This document shows, piece by piece, positions 1 to 9,270 of a DNA stretch of 64,000 bases (its first letter is position 1; each line of letters starts with the position of its first letter). The notes beneath the pieces were generated by a model. That model had not been told where the DNA came from, ran no database searches, and saw nothing but the letters and a program-made list of their open reading frames with translations. The DNA lies in NCBI GenBank assembly GCA_044228435.1, contig JBGAUW010000007.1, forward strand, positions 158,989 to 222,988. The letters are read 5' to 3'. Source of the DNA: Chitinophagales bacterium (GTDB taxonomy: Bacteria; Bacteroidota; Bacteroidia; Chitinophagales; LD1). A program made the translations under genes and the position numbers.

Positions 1-127
1 GCAATGCCCTGCCCATGGTAGATTTCATGTTTGTAATGCGGGCATTCCAATCGCGCCTGTGCTTTTCAAAGGCGATTTCAATTGGCTCGGTAATTTCGTT
101 TTCAGCAAGGGGTAAAATGCGGGGCAT
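1..127 (-). CDS. Partial CDS (runs off the window start), probable carboxymuconolactone decarboxylase/AhpD-like protein
   Basis: ATG at 127-125 reads MPRILPLAENEITEPIEIAFEKHRRDWNARITNMKSTMGRAL, open to the window edge. The MPRI..L N-terminus is typical of CMD/AhpD-like proteins. Confidence 0.45.
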   Translation of the reverse strand, partial: MPRILPLAENEITEPIEIAFEKHRRDWNARITNMKSTMGRAL

Positions 128-132
128 ATTTC

Positions 133-315
133 TTAGGGTTTTTCGTTCTTTACTAATTCTCTAATTTTATCTATCAAAAAGGTAGTTTCTTCCAGGTGAT
201 GTTGCTCCAATTCTTTATAGCGCTCCTCCCACGATAGGTCTTCCTTCATACTATACTTCTTCACTTTTATCCACTTGTAAGTTTCTAAAATCTCTTTCCT
301 TTCCAGTTCATTCAT
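133..315 (-). CDS. Small hypothetical protein (60 aa)
   Basis: Charged helical ORF ending 5 bp before the next minus-strand start, which suggests an operon. Confidence 0.5.
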   Translation of the reverse strand: MNELERKEILETYKWIKVKKYSMKEDLSWEERYKELEQHHLEETTFLIDKIRELVKNEKP

Positions 316-453
316 AGCAGCTTAATGTATGTAACAGCTAAACAATAAAATCTTATCCAAAAAGGTGCATAATAAATTCAAACGGGTGTTTGAGTTATTC
401 AAAAACAGGTTAATCTTGTAGGCATTTAAATAACAATAAATACACCGTTCAAT

Positions 454-1662
454 ATGAGAGAAGCCTATATTTATGATTCAGTAAGAACACCCCGCGGGCG
501 CGGTAAAAAGTCCGGCTCGTTATACGAAGTTAAGCCTATCGATTTGCTGGCTACTTTATTCCGTGCACTACACAAGCGCAATGGCGAATTTGATACCAGT
601 GCAGTAGATGATGTAGTGTTGGGCTGTGTTACACCTATTGGCGAACAGGGTGGCGACATTGCCAAGTTTGGTCATGCAATGGCCGGCTGGAGCAATAAGG
701 TTTCGGGTATGCAAATAAACCGTTTCTGCTCTTCGGGTTTAGAGGCCATTAACCTGGGGGCTATGAAGGTGCGCAGCGGCTGGGAAGAATTGGTAGTATC
801 GGGTGGTGTGGAGAGTATGAGCCGCAACCCAATGGGCAGCGATGGCGGTGCCTGGTATTTAGATCCTCAGGTAAACAGCAAACTGGGCTTTATACCGCAA
901 GGTATTTCGGCCGATTTGATAGCAACTGTTGAAGGATTTAGCCGCGAAACGGTTGATAACTACGCTTTAGAAAGCCACCGCAAGGCAGCCCTTGCTCGCA
1001 AAAACGGATACTTTAATAAATCGCTGATACCGGTGGTAGACCAAAACGGCTTAACCATATTAGACACCGATGAAACAATCCGCGAAGATGCCAGTATGGC
1101 TGCTATGGCTAAGTTAGACCCAAGCTTTGCCATGATGGGCGAATTTGGTTTTGATGCCGTAGCTATGCTTAAGTATACCTCGGTAGAAAGCATTAACCAC
1201 GTGCATACCCCGGGCAACTCATCGGGTATAGTAGATGGTGCAGCACTCACTTTAGTAGGCAGTAAAGAGGCAGGCGAAAAGCACGGGCTTAAACCACGGG
1301 CGCGTATCGTGGCTGGCGCAGTAACTTCTGCCGACCCTACCATTATGCTTACCGGCCCATCGTTCTCTGCTAAAAAAGCATTACAGGTGGCGGGCATGTC
1401 GGCTAAGGATATCGACCTTTGGGAAATGAACGAAGCCTTTGCCTCGGCGGTGCTTAAGTTTCAGCGCGAAATGAATATTGATGATTCTGTATTGAACGTA
1501 AATGGTGGTGCTATTGCCATGGGTCACCCACTTGGAGCTACAGGCAGCATGTTGTTAGGAACTGTGCTAGATGAATTAGAGCGCACCAATAAATCTACCG
1601 GCTTAATTACATTATGCGTAGGTGGTGGAATGGGTGTGGCTACAATTATTGAGAGAATATAG
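454..1662 (+). CDS. fadA: Acetyl-CoA C-acyltransferase (3-ketoacyl-CoA thiolase)
   Basis: Thiolase motifs NRFCSSG (catalytic Cys), [12 protein letters not shown] and LCVGGG. Adjacent to the hydratase/dehydrogenase gene. Confidence 0.95.
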   Translation: MREAYIYDSVRTPRGRGKKSGSLYEVKPIDLLATLFRALHKRNGEFDTSAVDDVVLGCVTPIGEQGGDIAKFGHAMAGWSNKVSGMQINRFCSSGLEAINLGAMKVRSGWEELVVSGGVESMSRNPMGSDGGAWYLDPQVNSKLGFIPQGISADLIATVEGFSRETVDNYALESHRKAALARKNGYFNKSLIPVVDQNGLTILDTDETIREDASMAAMAKLDPSFAMMGEFGFDAVAMLKYTSVESINHVHTPGNSSGIVDGAALTLVGSKEAGEKHGLKPRARIVAGAVTSADPTIMLTGPSFSAKKALQVAGMSAKDIDLWEMNEAFASAVLKFQREMNIDDSVLNVNGGAIAMGHPLGATGSMLLGTVLDELERTNKSTGLITLCVGGGMGVATIIERI

Positions 1663-1713
1663 AGAGCCATTGATAATAGACTATTGAAAAACAAAAATTA
1701 AACTCTAAAAATT

Positions 1714-3888
1714 ATGAGCACAGCTAATACAGCTTCTCCAATAAAATACGAAAAAGATAGTGACAATATTGTTACAATAACTTTCGACAATCCAACAAGG
1801 TCTGCAAACATTGTAAACCTTGCTTTTGGTGCTGCATTTAAAGAAACTATCGCGCGTTTGCAGGCAGAAAAAGATTCCATCCGTGGTATTATTATTACAT
1901 CGGCTAAAGAGACCTTTTTTGCCGGTGCCGATATTGACGAGATGTTTGCCGTAAGCGATGCCAAATACTTTTTCGAACGCGGCAATGAACTTAAAGCCGG
2001 CCTGCGTTATTTAGAAACACAGGGCAAACCGGTAGTAGCTGCTATTAACGGCACTGCGCTTGGTGCAGGCTTTGAAATACCATTGGCTTGCCACCGCCGG
2101 ATAGTAATTGATAACCCTAAAATACAGATTGGCTTACCCGAAGTTACACTAGGCTTGTTGCCCGGTGGCGGTGGGGTTACCCGCATGGTACGCTTACTTG
2201 GTTTGCAGCCATCATTAGGTTACTTAACCGAAGGCAAAAAGGTATCGCCGCAAGATGCCCTGCGCGATGGTTTAATACACGAATTAGCATCCGATAAGGC
2301 TGATTTATTAGCCAAAGCCAAAGCATGGGTAATGGCCAACGCCACCGCTAAAGCGCCGTGGGATACCGATGGCTATAAAATGCCGGGTGGCTCCCCCATA
2401 ACTCCAAAGGTGGCACAAATGCTACCGGTAGCACCGGCTGTGTTAGCCAAGAAAACCTACAATAACTACCCTGCACCTTTAGCTATAATGAGTGCGGCCG
2501 TTGAGGGAGCTTTGGTTGATTTTGAAACCGCATCGCGTATTGAATCGCGCTACTTTGCAAATTTAGCAACCGGTAAGGTGGCCAAGAACATGATTAAGAC
2601 GTTCTGGACACAGTTAAACGCTATTAATGCAGGTAACAGCCGCCCTAAAACAGATGTAAAAGGCGACTTTAAGAAGGTGGGCGTATTAGGTGCCGGTATG
2701 ATGGGAAGCGCCATTGCTTATTGTTGCGCTATTAGCGGTATTGAAACGGTGCTTAAAGATGTAAGCCAGGAAGGAGCCGACAAAGGCAAAAGCTATTCAG
2801 AAAACATTTTGAAAAAGCGCGTTAGTAAAGGCAAAATGACCAAAGAGAAGGCTGATGGGGTATTAAACAAAATAAAGGCTACTGCCAGCGCCGATGATTT
2901 AAAGGGGTGTGATTTAATTATAGAAGCTGTATTTGAAAACCGCGAATTGAAAGCCAACGTAACCAAAGAAGCCGAAGCACAAATGGACCCGGCGGGTGTG
3001 TTTGCATCTAATACTTCAACCCTGCCTATAACAGGTTTATCGGTTGCTTCGTCAAGACCTAAAAACTTTATTGGTTTGCACTTCTTCTCTCCTGCCGACA
3101 AAATGCCATTGGTAGAAATTATAGTGGGCAAAGATACCAGCGATGAAACACTGGCCCGTGCCTTCGATTTTGTAAAGACCATAAAGAAAACACCTATAGT
3201 AGTAAACGATTCGCGCGGGTTTTATACCAGCCGTGTATTTGCCACCTACGTACAGGAGGGTATAGCCCTTTTAGGTGAAGGCTACAATGCGCGCTCGATA
3301 GAGGCTGCTGGCCTGCAAGCCGGTATGCCGGTGGGTCCGTTGGCCTTAACCGATGAGGTTTCACTTTCGTTAATGGCGCACATACGCAAACAAACTGCCG
3401 AAGATTTTAAGGCTGAAGGAAAAGCAGCGCCTACACACCCATCATTTGCAGTAGCTGATAAACTACTGGAGTTAAAGCGTGCGGGCAAGGCAGCCGGTGC
3501 TGGTTTTTATGATTACCCGCAAGGGGGCAAAAAACACTTATGGAGCGGCCTTAAAGACCTTTTTGAAAAGAAGGTGGCCGACACGGATGATGTAGACCGC
3601 ATGAAGAACGAAGAAAAGGAAATGATAGACCGCATGTTGTTTATACAATGTATTGAAACCGTACGTTGTTTAGATGAAGGCGTTTTGCGCAATGTGCCCG
3701 ATGCAAACATTGGCTCTATTTTCGGATGGGGCTTTGCGCCATTTAAAGGTGGAACGCTGCAGTTTATAAACGATTACGGTGTAAAGGAATTTGTTGCTCG
3801 TGGTAAGGAACTGCACCAGAAATACGGCGAACGCTTTGCAGTGCCGGCCAGTTTAGAAAAAATGGCTGCCGAAGGGAAAGAATTTTAA
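1714..3888 (+). CDS. fadJ: Fatty acid oxidation complex alpha subunit (enoyl-CoA hydratase + 3-hydroxyacyl-CoA dehydrogenase)
   Basis: Crotonase domain (FFAGADI, ALGAGFE, GLPEVTLGLLPGGGG), then NAD-binding VLGAGMMG, EAVFE, SNTSTL and GLHFFSP. Confidence 0.93.
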   Translation: MSTANTASPIKYEKDSDNIVTITFDNPTRSANIVNLAFGAAFKETIARLQAEKDSIRGIIITSAKETFFAGADIDEMFAVSDAKYFFERGNELKAGLRYLETQGKPVVAAINGTALGAGFEIPLACHRRIVIDNPKIQIGLPEVTLGLLPGGGGVTRMVRLLGLQPSLGYLTEGKKVSPQDALRDGLIHELASDKADLLAKAKAWVMANATAKAPWDTDGYKMPGGSPITPKVAQMLPVAPAVLAKKTYNNYPAPLAIMSAAVEGALVDFETASRIESRYFANLATGKVAKNMIKTFWTQLNAINAGNSRPKTDVKGDFKKVGVLGAGMMGSAIAYCCAISGIETVLKDVSQEGADKGKSYSENILKKRVSKGKMTKEKADGVLNKIKATASADDLKGCDLIIEAVFENRELKANVTKEAEAQMDPAGVFASNTSTLPITGLSVASSRPKNFIGLHFFSPADKMPLVEIIVGKDTSDETLARAFDFVKTIKKTPIVVNDSRGFYTSRVFATYVQEGIALLGEGYNARSIEAAGLQAGMPVGPLALTDEVSLSLMAHIRKQTAEDFKAEGKAAPTHPSFAVADKLLELKRAGKAAGAGFYDYPQGGKKHLWSGLKDLFEKKVADTDDVDRMKNEEKEMIDRMLFIQCIETVRCLDEGVLRNVPDANIGSIFGWGFAPFKGGTLQFINDYGVKEFVARGKELHQKYGERFAVPASLEKMAAEGKEF

Positions 3889-3910
3889 ACCAAAACTCTG
3901 TTTAACTAAG

Positions 3911-3945
3911 TAACGCCATAGCAAAAGCTATGGCGTTATTTGTTT
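3911..3945 (+). terminator. Rho-independent terminator of fadA-fadJ
   Basis: Perfect 12-bp stem TAACGCCATAGC-aaaa-GCTATGGCGTTA followed by a T-rich tract. Confidence 0.8.
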
Positions 3946-3964
3946 AGGCCATTATATTTGAATT

Positions 3965-4993
3965 ATGAAACAACTATTAACGGTATTAATATTAACCCTG
4001 GCAGCAACTGCATTTGGCCAAAATCAAACACCTGTGGAGTATTTGAATCGCGTTTCGGCCCCGCTGGATAGCGTGCGGCAAAACTGCTGGGATTATATGA
4101 GTGCCGTTATTTATGGCAAAAACGCAGCTAATTTATCGGGCTTACGCAGTCGCTGGACCAATGGTGTTACTTCTTCTATTGCTTCGGTTAGCGCTTTGCC
4201 GGCTTATGATGGCGATGTAGCTTTTCGCGATTCGGTGCTTAATTACCTGCACTACATCAACCGGATTATTACAAACGATTTAACCTTGCTGGACCAGTTA
4301 AAGGCAGAGGCAACTATATCGTTTGAAGCGGCCGACAAATATTACAACGAAGTAAATTCACTAAACGCCATTTTTCAAAAGAGTGCAGACAAGATTAAAG
4401 TTGAACAAAGGAAGTTTGCCGACAGAAATAGCATTGTCCTTTCCGATAACGACAGAGCAAACATTGCCGAAAAACTAAAGAATGCTATTAAACTGAACCG
4501 TCATTATAACACCAATTATATGGCCGTATTAAACCTGCAAAAAGAAGAAGAAGCGATGCTGGCCGCTTTTGACAAAAACGATCTTGTAGCTGCAGCCTCT
4601 ACCCGGAACAATATAGAAAAACATGCTAATGAGAGCCTGGCAAAACTAAGCACTCTGGTACCTTTTAATAAAGATGCTTCGCTTATTGCTGCCGCAAGAG
4701 CTGCCATAAATTTTTATTTGTTGGAAGCCAGAGATAATGTTCCTGCTTTGCTGGATTATTTTGACAAAAGTGCAAAGTTTGATAAAGCGAAGGTTTTGTT
4801 TACCGAGCAGCAATCAAGAGGGGCAACTCCCCAACAATCCGAAACTTATAACAAAGCAGTACAGGAAATAAATGCAGCCGGTACACTATACAATACCACT
4901 ATAGAATCGTTAAATGAAAAGCGCCGTTTGACAACAGAGAATTGGGAAAAGGCATCAAAAACATTTTTAGCTAACAACAATCCCCCGAAGTAG
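3965..4993 (+). CDS. Secreted alpha-helical hypothetical protein
   Basis: Signal peptide (AFG|Q) and two internally similar helical halves (LPAYDGDVAFRDS / LVPFNKDASLIAA). Confidence 0.8.
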   Translation: MKQLLTVLILTLAATAFGQNQTPVEYLNRVSAPLDSVRQNCWDYMSAVIYGKNAANLSGLRSRWTNGVTSSIASVSALPAYDGDVAFRDSVLNYLHYINRIITNDLTLLDQLKAEATISFEAADKYYNEVNSLNAIFQKSADKIKVEQRKFADRNSIVLSDNDRANIAEKLKNAIKLNRHYNTNYMAVLNLQKEEEAMLAAFDKNDLVAAASTRNNIEKHANESLAKLSTLVPFNKDASLIAAARAAINFYLLEARDNVPALLDYFDKSAKFDKAKVLFTEQQSRGATPQQSETYNKAVQEINAAGTLYNTTIESLNEKRRLTTENWEKASKTFLANNNPPK

Positions 4994-5027
4994 GACGGCT
5001 GTCACACTAAAAAAGTATCAACCAGAA

Positions 5028-5498
5028 CTAAGCCCGGTTTTGATTTTTGCCTTTATTCTTCTCGTTCAGGTATAATGCTAAAAAGATAAGCGTACCTAAT
5101 ATACCAACCCCAGCCACTCCGTAGGCGATGTGCAACGAGTCGCATGAACACATTTCACCCATTTCTGTAGAGGTAGTAGTTTCGGTGGTGGATGATGAAT
5201 TGTAAGCAGGATCGGTAGGTGTTGCACTTGCGTTATCCAACGGGGCCTGCATTTCAGCTTCTCCACCACCATTGCTGCTATTACTGCTGCCATCGGTATT
5301 TTTCACTTTACCATTGTCTTTATCGTTGCTAATAACTGTGGTTGTTGTATGGGCGTGCTTCTCGGGGTCTTCTTTATAAGTTACCGAGGTATCTTTATAA
5401 GAACCTGAAGGAATACCAATAGAAGTATTTTGCGCTTTAAGAGCGCTTATAGAAAGACATAAAAATAGTGCGGTGGTTTTTAAGGCTGTGGTTTTCAT
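5028..5498 (-). CDS. Hypothetical exported protein with low-complexity Ser/Thr linker and C-terminal TM anchor
   Basis: Signal peptide (LKA|Q), S/T/N-rich middle, hydrophobic helix followed by a basic tail. Confidence 0.7.
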   Translation of the reverse strand: MKTTALKTTALFLCLSISALKAQNTSIGIPSGSYKDTSVTYKEDPEKHAHTTTTVISNDKDNGKVKNTDGSSNSSNGGGEAEMQAPLDNASATPTDPAYNSSSTTETTTSTEMGEMCSCDSLHIAYGVAGVGILGTLIFLALYLNEKNKGKNQNRA

Positions 5499-5710
5499 AT
5501 CTGATAGTTTTATTGGTTAATACTATGTGCCGGTTACAAAAGGGTGCCAGTGCGTGTAAAACACTCATGCTGGTAATAAAAACCGGATGTGAGGAAAAAA
5601 ATACTCACAAAGAGCATCGTTAGGCGCAACAGGGCTTGTACAGGCAAAAATCTGTTGGGAATAATGTTTTTATAAAAGGTTCGATATTAATAAAAACGAA
5701 AACCGATACC

Positions 5711-5995
5711 ATGGCCACACAAAAAGTTGTAAGCGACCCACATATTGAATCTATGATTGAAAAAGTAGCCGATTACCTGTACGCTCATGCAAAAACCGTG
5801 GATAAAGCAACTTTGCTTAAATACGCGGGTATTGCGATATTGGTATTTTACGGCCTGCGCAAAAGTAACTTGCTAAGCGGCATTGCTATTACTCTTATAA
5901 CTGGTGTTATAACTAACCTGATTTCAGGAAACGGACCAACAGAAGGGAAATCGAATGAAGATGTTATTTCGGTATTGCTGAAAAAACTGGCTTAA
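5711..5995 (+). CDS. Small membrane hypothetical protein
   Basis: ATG at 5711 (MATQKVV) preferred over the upstream TTG. Two short hydrophobic segments. Confidence 0.6.
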   Translation: MATQKVVSDPHIESMIEKVADYLYAHAKTVDKATLLKYAGIAILVFYGLRKSNLLSGIAITLITGVITNLISGNGPTEGKSNEDVISVLLKKLA

Positions 5996-6144
5996 AACTC
6001 AGCGGTTTGCGCTTCGTTATATAAAATTGCACCGGTAAATATTTTTGTGCCAACAAAAGTAAAACCGGTGTAATTACGGTTTGAAATAGTGTTTATTTAG
6101 CCCATAGAGCAACTTTGGCTTTTTAAAAAGATACATTTAGCACT

Positions 6145-7557
6145 ATGAAACTAATTGGGTACCGCGTAAAGTTTGAGCGGCTTGTTTTTATTGATTATGT
6201 ATTTTTAGCGGTAATAGCCGTTTTGCTTTTTGCGTCTTACCTTTCGTACCAGCGTATTAATGATTTAGCCACCTCATCAGAGCTTGTAGTTACATCTAAT
6301 ACCGTTAAGCTTAAATCAGAACAAGCTTTTTCTTATATCAAAGATGCCGAAACTGCTCAACGTGGTTTTTTGCTAACGCAGGATAGTAGCTTTCTGCAAC
6401 CCTTTTATGGGGCTTTTGATAATGCCAACCAGCTTTTTAATGAAATTCTTGCATTAACAGGTAGCGATAGTGTGCAACAACATAACATTAAAGATTTACA
6501 GGCCCTGATAAGGGTGCGATACGATTTTTTAAATATTGTGTTCCACGCCGGCGATACGTTAAACCGGCGAGGTAAGCTGCAAACCTACCTGGAGTTGGGT
6601 AAAAACTCGATGGACCAAATTCGCTCCCGGGTTGGTGTTATTATTGAGCGCGAAAACGAGCATCTTGATGAGCGGGTGGTAGAAAGAAACCACTACGCTT
6701 ATATATCGCCGCTATTTTTATTATCGCTTACCTTAATAACCCTGTTGGTTATTTTGGTAGCCTACGTTAAAATAAAGAAAGATACATCGCATTTAAAGCA
6801 GCTGGTAGAAAACTTACGCCAGCGGGACTTAGAACTTACTACCAAAAATACAGAGTTGGAAAATAGTAATGTAGAGTTAGCCTCGTTTAGCTACGTAGCA
6901 AGCCACGATTTAAAAGAACCACTTAGGAAAATTCAGCTGTTTACAGATAGGATACTTGAAAGAGACAATGCCACACTTTCGGACAGTGGAAAAGATGACT
7001 TCAGACGAATTGTATCAGCGGTAACAAGAATGCAAAATCTGTTTGATGCCCTGCTTAGTTTTTCGCGGGCCAACTCAGCCGAAAAGCTTTTTGCAAAAAC
7101 CGATCTTAATAACATACTGCGTGAGGTGAAATTGGATTTATACGATGCTATAGAGGAGAAACATGCTATCATAGAAACCGGCCCGTTGCCGGCATTGAAT
7201 GTAGTGCCGGTTCAATTCCATCAATTATTTTTAAACCTTATAGGCAATGCCATAAAATATAGCAAAGAAGGGGTTGTGCCGGTGATAAAAATTGAAGCGA
7301 GAAAGATAGACGCTACCGCACAGCAAGCGGGTGGCTGGGAAATAAGTTTTACGGATAACGGGATTGGTTTTGAGCAACACTACGAAACGAAAATCTTTCA
7401 ACTTTTTCAGCGCCTGCATGGTAAGGCCGAATATAGCGGTACTGGTATAGGGCTGGCAATTTGTAAAAAAATAGTAAGTAACCATGGCGGTACTATTCAC
7501 GCTGTAGGGCAATTGGGCGTTGGGGCGGTTTTTACCATCTATATTCCTGGGGAATAA
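6145..7557 (+). CDS. CHASE3-domain sensor histidine kinase
   Basis: TM-CHASE3 (DAETAQRGFLLT)-TM, H-box ASHDLKEPLRKI, N-box NLIGNAIKY, G boxes DNGIGF and GTGIGLAICKKIV. Confidence 0.92.
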   Translation: MKLIGYRVKFERLVFIDYVFLAVIAVLLFASYLSYQRINDLATSSELVVTSNTVKLKSEQAFSYIKDAETAQRGFLLTQDSSFLQPFYGAFDNANQLFNEILALTGSDSVQQHNIKDLQALIRVRYDFLNIVFHAGDTLNRRGKLQTYLELGKNSMDQIRSRVGVIIERENEHLDERVVERNHYAYISPLFLLSLTLITLLVILVAYVKIKKDTSHLKQLVENLRQRDLELTTKNTELENSNVELASFSYVASHDLKEPLRKIQLFTDRILERDNATLSDSGKDDFRRIVSAVTRMQNLFDALLSFSRANSAEKLFAKTDLNNILREVKLDLYDAIEEKHAIIETGPLPALNVVPVQFHQLFLNLIGNAIKYSKEGVVPVIKIEARKIDATAQQAGGWEISFTDNGIGFEQHYETKIFQLFQRLHGKAEYSGTGIGLAICKKIVSNHGGTIHAVGQLGVGAVFTIYIPGE

Positions 7558-7984
7558 GCATAAACTTCTCCAAATCCTTATGCGGCGTATATTCATTAAA
7601 GTCAAGCGATAAAACCTTCTTTACTATTACTTTTAAATCGTCGTAACCATTGGGTTTGTTTACAAAAAGGTTTGCCCCTTTTTCAAATGATTCTGTAATG
7701 TCTTTGGGGCTATTTGAGGTGGAATAAATGGCAACAAACAGGTTTTGAAGCTGTGGGTCTTTTCTTATTTCATCCAGGCAGATAAAGCCATTCTTACGGG
7801 GCATATTCAAATCTAAAAAAACAATATCGGGTAGTGTGGCATTGGGCTGTTGTAAATGCAACATCAACTGCTCTCCATTAGGCACTGTAGTTAAGGCAAT
7901 AGTTTTATCAAGCTCTGCTACCACCAGGCCAAAAAAGAACCTATCGTCCTTATCATCGTCTGCTAATAAAACGTTTAACGCCAT
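7532..7984 (-). CDS. Single-domain response regulator (Rcp1-like)
   Basis: LLADDD, FLDLNMP, STS and GAN.FV.KP receiver motifs, with no output domain. Confidence 0.9.
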   Translation of the reverse strand: MALNVLLADDDKDDRFFFGLVVAELDKTIALTTVPNGEQLMLHLQQPNATLPDIVFLDLNMPRKNGFICLDEIRKDPQLQNLFVAIYSTSNSPKDITESFEKGANLFVNKPNGYDDLKVIVKKVLSLDFNEYTPHKDLEKFMLIPQEYRW

Positions 7985-8028
7985 TAATTATACTGGTTAT
8001 TAAATCCTGTATTAAAAACTCATTCCAG

Positions 8029-9261
8029 CTAATTTACCTTGCCATTGAGTGGTAAGGAAACAATAAATGTAGACCCCTCATTAACTTTGCTACGCGCCGA
8101 AATAAAGCCAGTGTGATCTTCAACTATTTTTTTACACAGAGCCAGCCCTATACCCGTGCCATCGTATTGCGAGTTATCGTGCAGCCGGGTAAACATGCTA
8201 AAAATCTGCTCGGCATATTGCTGGTCAAATCCAATTCCGTTATCCTGCACGTAAATGCGACAATAGTGAGGTGAATCGGGGTTGCCGTTTTCTCCATTTT
8301 CAGCATATATATTTATCTCGGGAACCCCGTCTTTTTTAGAATACTTCAGGGCGTTATTTATAAGATTATAAAACAAAGGTTGCATAAGCGATGCATTAAC
8401 GTAAAGTTCGGGCAGCTCGCCAACCTTAATGGTCGCATTCTTTTCCTGGATGATTTCATCTGCCAGTACCAGCACATCTTTAATAACCTGGTTCATATTA
8501 CTTTTAGCAAAAGCTTTTTTCTCGGTGCTTATTTTACTAAAGGTTAATATATCCCTTATAAGCGCCTGCATTCTTTCTGCCGAGGTTTGTATCCGGTTAA
8601 TATAGAGCTTTCCCGAATCGTCCAGTATATCCCGGTAAGAAGTATTCAAACGATCGCTGAACATTCTGATTTTACGCAAAGGTTCCTGTAAATCGTGGCT
8701 GGCCATAAAAGCAAACCGGTCCAGGTCTTTATTCGTAGCCTCAAGCCTGTCAATATTTTTAAGCAGTTCCAGGTTAAGCGCTTTTACCCTCTCCTCCGAC
8801 ATCTTTCTTTCCTTAATTTCATTTTCAAGGTTTCTATTAATGGTCACCAGCTTTTGCTCTTGTAGCATTAAAGCAAAGTTTTTGCGGTACAGCTCAATAA
8901 ATACTGAAACCTTGGCACGAAGTAACCCCGGGTTAATTGGCTTGTATATATAATCTACTGCCCCTGTTTTATATCCTTTAAAAATGCTTTCCTCGCCATA
9001 ACTGTGGGCCGTTATAAAAATAATGGGTATTTGCCGTAAACGTTCCCGCTCATAAATCAGTTCAGCTGTTTCAAACCCATTTAGGTTTGGCATCTTAACA
9101 TCCATCAGTATTAATGCAAAATCAAACTCCTGCAACAACACTTTTAATGCCTGCCTACCCGATGTAGCCCTTACGAACCGGTAATTATCCTGCCCCAATA
9201 TCGCTTCAATCGAAAGCAAATTATCCTCGCGGTCATCAACTAATAAAATCTTCGGCTGCAT
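8029..9261 (-). CDS. Receiver-histidine kinase (REC-HisKA-HATPase)
   Basis: N-terminal REC (LLVDD, LMDVKMP, YKP), H-box ASHDLQEPLRKI, DNGIGF and GTGIGLALCKKIV. Confidence 0.92.
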   Translation of the reverse strand: MQPKILLVDDREDNLLSIEAILGQDNYRFVRATSGRQALKVLLQEFDFALILMDVKMPNLNGFETAELIYERERLRQIPIIFITAHSYGEESIFKGYKTGAVDYIYKPINPGLLRAKVSVFIELYRKNFALMLQEQKLVTINRNLENEIKERKMSEERVKALNLELLKNIDRLEATNKDLDRFAFMASHDLQEPLRKIRMFSDRLNTSYRDILDDSGKLYINRIQTSAERMQALIRDILTFSKISTEKKAFAKSNMNQVIKDVLVLADEIIQEKNATIKVGELPELYVNASLMQPLFYNLINNALKYSKKDGVPEINIYAENGENGNPDSPHYCRIYVQDNGIGFDQQYAEQIFSMFTRLHDNSQYDGTGIGLALCKKIVEDHTGFISARSKVNEGSTFIVSLPLNGKVN

Positions 9262-9270
9262 AATTCCAAT

